Source of the DNA: Candidatus Micrarchaeia archaeon
GTDB taxonomy: Archaea; Micrarchaeota; Micrarchaeia; Micrarchaeales; CABMGC01
Direction: 5' to 3'
Assembly: GCA_049964835.1 (NCBI GenBank)
Contig: JBMFWW010000002.1
Coordinates: forward strand, 1-64,000
Length of the DNA: 64,000 nt
Below, piece after piece: positions 60,816 to 64,000 of this stretch. Position 1 is the stretch's first letter. Each line of letters opens with the position of its first letter. The notes beneath the pieces are model-generated. The model was not told the origin of the DNA and made no database searches. It saw only the letters and a program-made list of their open reading frames with translations. The position numbers and the translations under genes are program-made.

Positions 60816-61202
60816 ATGTTAGGAATTAGAAGAGAGGATCCAAACAGAGAACGTATAAATAGAAATTTAACATTAATAACCGCAATGTTAGAAATAGAAA
60901 AGGCATTATCTTCAAGAAATTTTGCAGTAGCAGGAAGAATTTTCAATTGTTCTGTTGGAGATATTGAAAAAGTTGAAGATAAACCAATTCTTACTGGTCG
61001 TTTTGCAGAATTTGCTGAAAAATTAGGATATAAAATAAAAGCTGCTCAATTATACGAAAAAGCAGGAACCGATTACGGTCCAAAAAGTATTTCATTTCTT
61101 AATAAAGCACTAAATCTTTTTAATGAATCTGGCGAATTAACGGATTCGGAAAGAGTTCAAAAGAAAATAAAGTTTCAAATGGGATCTTTAAGGAGAAATT
61201 AA
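60816..61202 (+). CDS. Hypothetical helical (TPR/SNAP-like) protein
   Basis: AAQLYEKAG and LNKALNLF..SGE patterns. Confidence 0.65.
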   Translation: MLGIRREDPNRERINRNLTLITAMLEIEKALSSRNFAVAGRIFNCSVGDIEKVEDKPILTGRFAEFAEKLGYKIKAAQLYEKAGTDYGPKSISFLNKALNLFNESGELTDSERVQKKIKFQMGSLRRN

Positions 61203-61224
61203 AGATTAAATATATTTTTAAATA

Positions 61225-61300
61225 TGGTGCGAGCGCCGGGATTTGAACCCGGGTTTTTGGCTTGGAAGGCCAAAGTCCTACCAGGCTAGACTACACTCGC
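61225..61300 (-). tRNA. tRNA-Gly(TCC), CCA encoded
   Basis: Acceptor GCGAGTG/CGCTCGC-ACCA, TTGGC-CT TCC AA-GCCAA, GGTTCAAATCC. Confidence 0.96.
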
Positions 61301-61419
61301 CTTTGTAATAATGCTAATATATTTGTTAGATAAGAATTATAATACTTTTTAACTTTTTCTAAAACCAAATAACTAAGAAAGCTTTTTAAATTCTATATAC
61401 GTTAATATACTGTGATATA

Positions 61420-62100
61420 ATGAATTTATTATTAATAGGCATTGTCACAGTTGTAATAATCATAGTAATAGCTGTAATTGTTTCAATATACAATGGCTTA
61501 ATATCAAAAAGAAACCGTGTACAAGATGCATGGGCGCAAATAGATGTTCAGTTAAAGAGAAGATACGATCTTATTCCTAACCTACTCGACACAGTAAAAG
61601 GTTATGCCAAGTATGAACGAAGCGTTCTTACACAGGTTACACAACTTAGATCCTCTCTTATAAATGGATCTGTTCAAGACAAAGCACAAGCAAACAATCA
61701 ACTTACACAGGCATTTAAGAGCATATTTGCAGTTGCAGAAAATTATCCAGATCTTAAAGCCTCTCAAAACTTCCAGCAACTTCAGCAAGCAATAACAGAT
61801 ACTGAAGACAAGATAGCATTCGTAAGAACATCATACAACGATTATGTTCTTGATTATAATAATATATTGCAACAGTTTCCAAGCAGTATATTTGCCAATA
61901 TGTTTCATTTTGTAAAGTATGACTTTTTCCAGACAGAAAGTGATGCAGAAAAAGAACCAGTTAAGGTTAATTTTGATGATTTGAATGGACCTTCTTCTAG
62001 TAAAAGTTCTAATACACCTCCAAAATCAACAACTAGCAGTTCAGGTCCACCTCAATCAGGTTCTTCAAAAGGCAAAAAGTCAAAAGGAAGTAATAATTAA
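61420..62100 (+). CDS. lemA: LemA family protein
   Basis: YNGL, AWAQIDVQLKRRYDLIPNL, AVAENYPDLKA, QQFPS. Confidence 0.95.
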   Translation: MNLLLIGIVTVVIIIVIAVIVSIYNGLISKRNRVQDAWAQIDVQLKRRYDLIPNLLDTVKGYAKYERSVLTQVTQLRSSLINGSVQDKAQANNQLTQAFKSIFAVAENYPDLKASQNFQQLQQAITDTEDKIAFVRTSYNDYVLDYNNILQQFPSSIFANMFHFVKYDFFQTESDAEKEPVKVNFDDLNGPSSSKSSNTPPKSTTSSSGPPQSGSSKGKKSKGSNN

Positions 62101-62112
62101 GTAATTAAAAAT

Positions 62113-63027
62113 ATGAGCGGGAAAAGAATGGCAAGCTTCTTTGATGAGATAGCTAAGAATAGATTAAAATCTATAATCCTTATGGCTATTTTTATTGTAT
62201 TTTTTGCAGCTATAGTTTATGCATTTGTTTGGGTCTTTGGCGGAGGATTAGTTGGATTTTCTATAGGTATACTCATAATACTTTTTTATGCAGTAATTGT
62301 TTACTTCTATGGAGATAAGATGACTCTAAAGGTAGCAGGAGCAAAGGAGGCAGATAAAACAACATATGCATCTTTGTACTCAACAGTTGAAGGTCTTTCA
62401 GCCGCAACCCAAGTTCCTACTCCTAAAGTCTATATCGTGAACGATCCTAATCCGAACGCATTTGCTACTGGAAGAAACAAGAAAGTATCTGCAATAGCAG
62501 TAACTTCTGGACTGTTAACAACAATGAATCATAGAGAACTTCAAGGAGTAATAGCACATGAAATGTCTCATATAGCTGATAATGATGTTCAATTCATGAT
62601 GATAGCAATAGTCTTTGCTGGAGCTATAGGATTAATAGCAGCAGTTCTGAGAATGTCATTATTTTTTGGCGGATTCAGAAGAGTTGAAGGTGAAGGTGGC
62701 ATAATAATATTATTAATAGCATTAGCTGTTGGAATTCTAGCTCCAATATTCGCACTCTTAATAAGACTTGCAATTTCAAGAAAAAGAGAGTATATGGCAG
62801 ATGCGAATGGAGCAAGATTGACAAGGGATCCAGAAGGACTTGCAGATGCTCTTACAAAAATTAAAAATTACACCGCGCAACCAAATGTCAAAGGCGTAAA
62901 GAATGCTAATGAAGTAAATGGTTCAATGTACTTCTCAAATCCTTTTAAGGGAAAGAGTATAATGAATATTTTTTCAACACATCCTCCTATCGATGAGAGA
63001 ATAAACAGATTAAAGAAGATGTACTAA
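62113..63027 (+). CDS. htpX: Zn metalloprotease HtpX
   Basis: PNAFATGR, AHEMSH, SRKREYMAD, FSTHPP..ERI. Confidence 0.95.
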   Translation: MSGKRMASFFDEIAKNRLKSIILMAIFIVFFAAIVYAFVWVFGGGLVGFSIGILIILFYAVIVYFYGDKMTLKVAGAKEADKTTYASLYSTVEGLSAATQVPTPKVYIVNDPNPNAFATGRNKKVSAIAVTSGLLTTMNHRELQGVIAHEMSHIADNDVQFMMIAIVFAGAIGLIAAVLRMSLFFGGFRRVEGEGGIIILLIALAVGILAPIFALLIRLAISRKREYMADANGARLTRDPEGLADALTKIKNYTAQPNVKGVKNANEVNGSMYFSNPFKGKSIMNIFSTHPPIDERINRLKKMY

Positions 63028-63392
63028 TGTCACTAAACAGGCAAAGCTTTGTCTTAAAAGATGTAATGATGGAGCTTAATATTCTAAAATCTACAGAGTA
63101 TCTTGAAGATATGAAAAGATTCGGAATAAATACTACTTCTACAATTACATTGGGCGTATCAGTTCCTAATCTTAGAAAACTTTCAAAAAGATAGGAACAA
63201 ATCACGCGTTAGCTACTCAATTATGGAATACAAAGGTTCATGAAGCAATGATACTTGCTGCATTTATTGACGATCCATTACTTGTCAGTGAAGAACAGAT
63301 GGAGCAATGGGTCAATGGTTTTTCATCTTGGGATATATGTGATGCCGTATTCGGAACTCTTTTTGATAAAACAAGGTTTGCTTATAAAATTC
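63027..63392 (+). pseudogene. AlkD-like DNA alkylation repair gene, frameshifted and truncated by an IS remnant
   Basis: MKRFGI..LGVSVPNLRKLSK, shift at A5 (63185..63189), then IGTNHALATQLW..HEA.ILA..SWDICD; ends at the IS boundary. Confidence 0.8.
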
Positions 63393-63705
63393 CTAAATTC
63401 CCAGAGTTTTAGACACTAGGATGCCTAATTTTTCTGAGATTTCCTGCTGTTCTTTGGTCAATTCAGATACCAGTACCTCCTTCTCATAAATTTTACACTT
63501 TAGATTCCTCAAACTTACCAATACCTCTTCCACTGTATAGTTTTTACCTAATTTCTTTTTTAATTGTATGAACGCAATTAATATCATAAACTGCATGAAA
63601 ATAAACCCACGCAACGCCTCTTCTGAATGTACACGTAATGGAAGTATACTGATATCGTCTTTTGAAAATCCAAATAGTATTTCTGTGATTTGCCTAACAT
63701 AATAT
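63392..63705 (-). mobile_element. 3' remnant of an IS1634-like (DDE) transposase
   Basis: RQITEILFGFSKDDISILPLRVHSEEALRGFIF...ELTKEQQEISEKLGI; stop codon lies at the element end CTGGGAATTTAGG. Confidence 0.75.
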
Positions 63706-64000
63706 GCAGGAACAACATCGTTTTTTGATAGTTCAAATGGAAAGTATTTATTTAGGACCTTTTGATTCAGATATGATTATGGTAGAGTATGAAGATATCT
63801 TAGGAAAAGATAATGGAAACGATAGCAATTCTTCGGAAATAATTGTTCAACAACCGAATGTTGTCCCGCTAAATATAAAAAATAATCAAAGGAAAAAATA
63901 AACGCAAGAACTGGAAGCTATAGAAAATAAGAGTAAATATGAATAATTGTTCTTGGTATTTACAGTAAGCTATATAAACCTTTATTTGTATAATATACTT

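Noticed and set aside
61420..63027. lemA-htpX pairing as a novel system
   Set aside because: Well-known conserved gene pair
63704..63901. 65-aa acidic ORF next to the IS remnant
   Set aside because: No motif; probably a fragment in a decayed region
1..64000. CRISPR array or cas genes
   Set aside because: No regularly spaced 25-40 nt repeats or cas-like ORFs seen

Overview
AT-rich (roughly 30% GC by eye), gene-dense archaeal chromosome segment. The likely source is a DPANN archaeon of the Micrarchaeota/ARMAN type. This is inferred from the archaeal information genes (topo VI-A, LonB, GatDE, rps19e-rpl39e-rpl31e-eIF6-pfdA-ftsY, RpoL, EF-1beta, RFC), two tRNAs with D-loop introns, a stand-alone 5S rRNA, a class III signal peptide surface protein, and retained PDH/SDH/fumarase. 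Most of the window is housekeeping. RNA genes: SRP RNA, 5S rRNA and tRNAs Ser(GCT), Arg(GCG), Gln(CTG) and Gly(TCC). The right end carries IS200-like and IS1634-like transposase remnants and an interrupted AlkD-like gene. The most unusual items are: (i) a protein with two tandem ribosomal stalk aP1-like dimerization domains and no factor-binding tail, divergent from an RlmM-like methyltransferase; (ii) an mTERF-like 33-aa repeat protein between the SRP RNA and tRNA-Ser; (iii) an SDH operon with an atypical membrane anchor partly fused to SdhB; (iv) a coupled ftsZ pair followed by a candidate structured RNA and a double Zn-finger/wHTH gene; (v) a ksgA/rsmA gene whose conserved N-terminus is reachable only via a -1 shift at A_AAA_AAG. 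All calls come from motif recognition by eye; no database searches were run.
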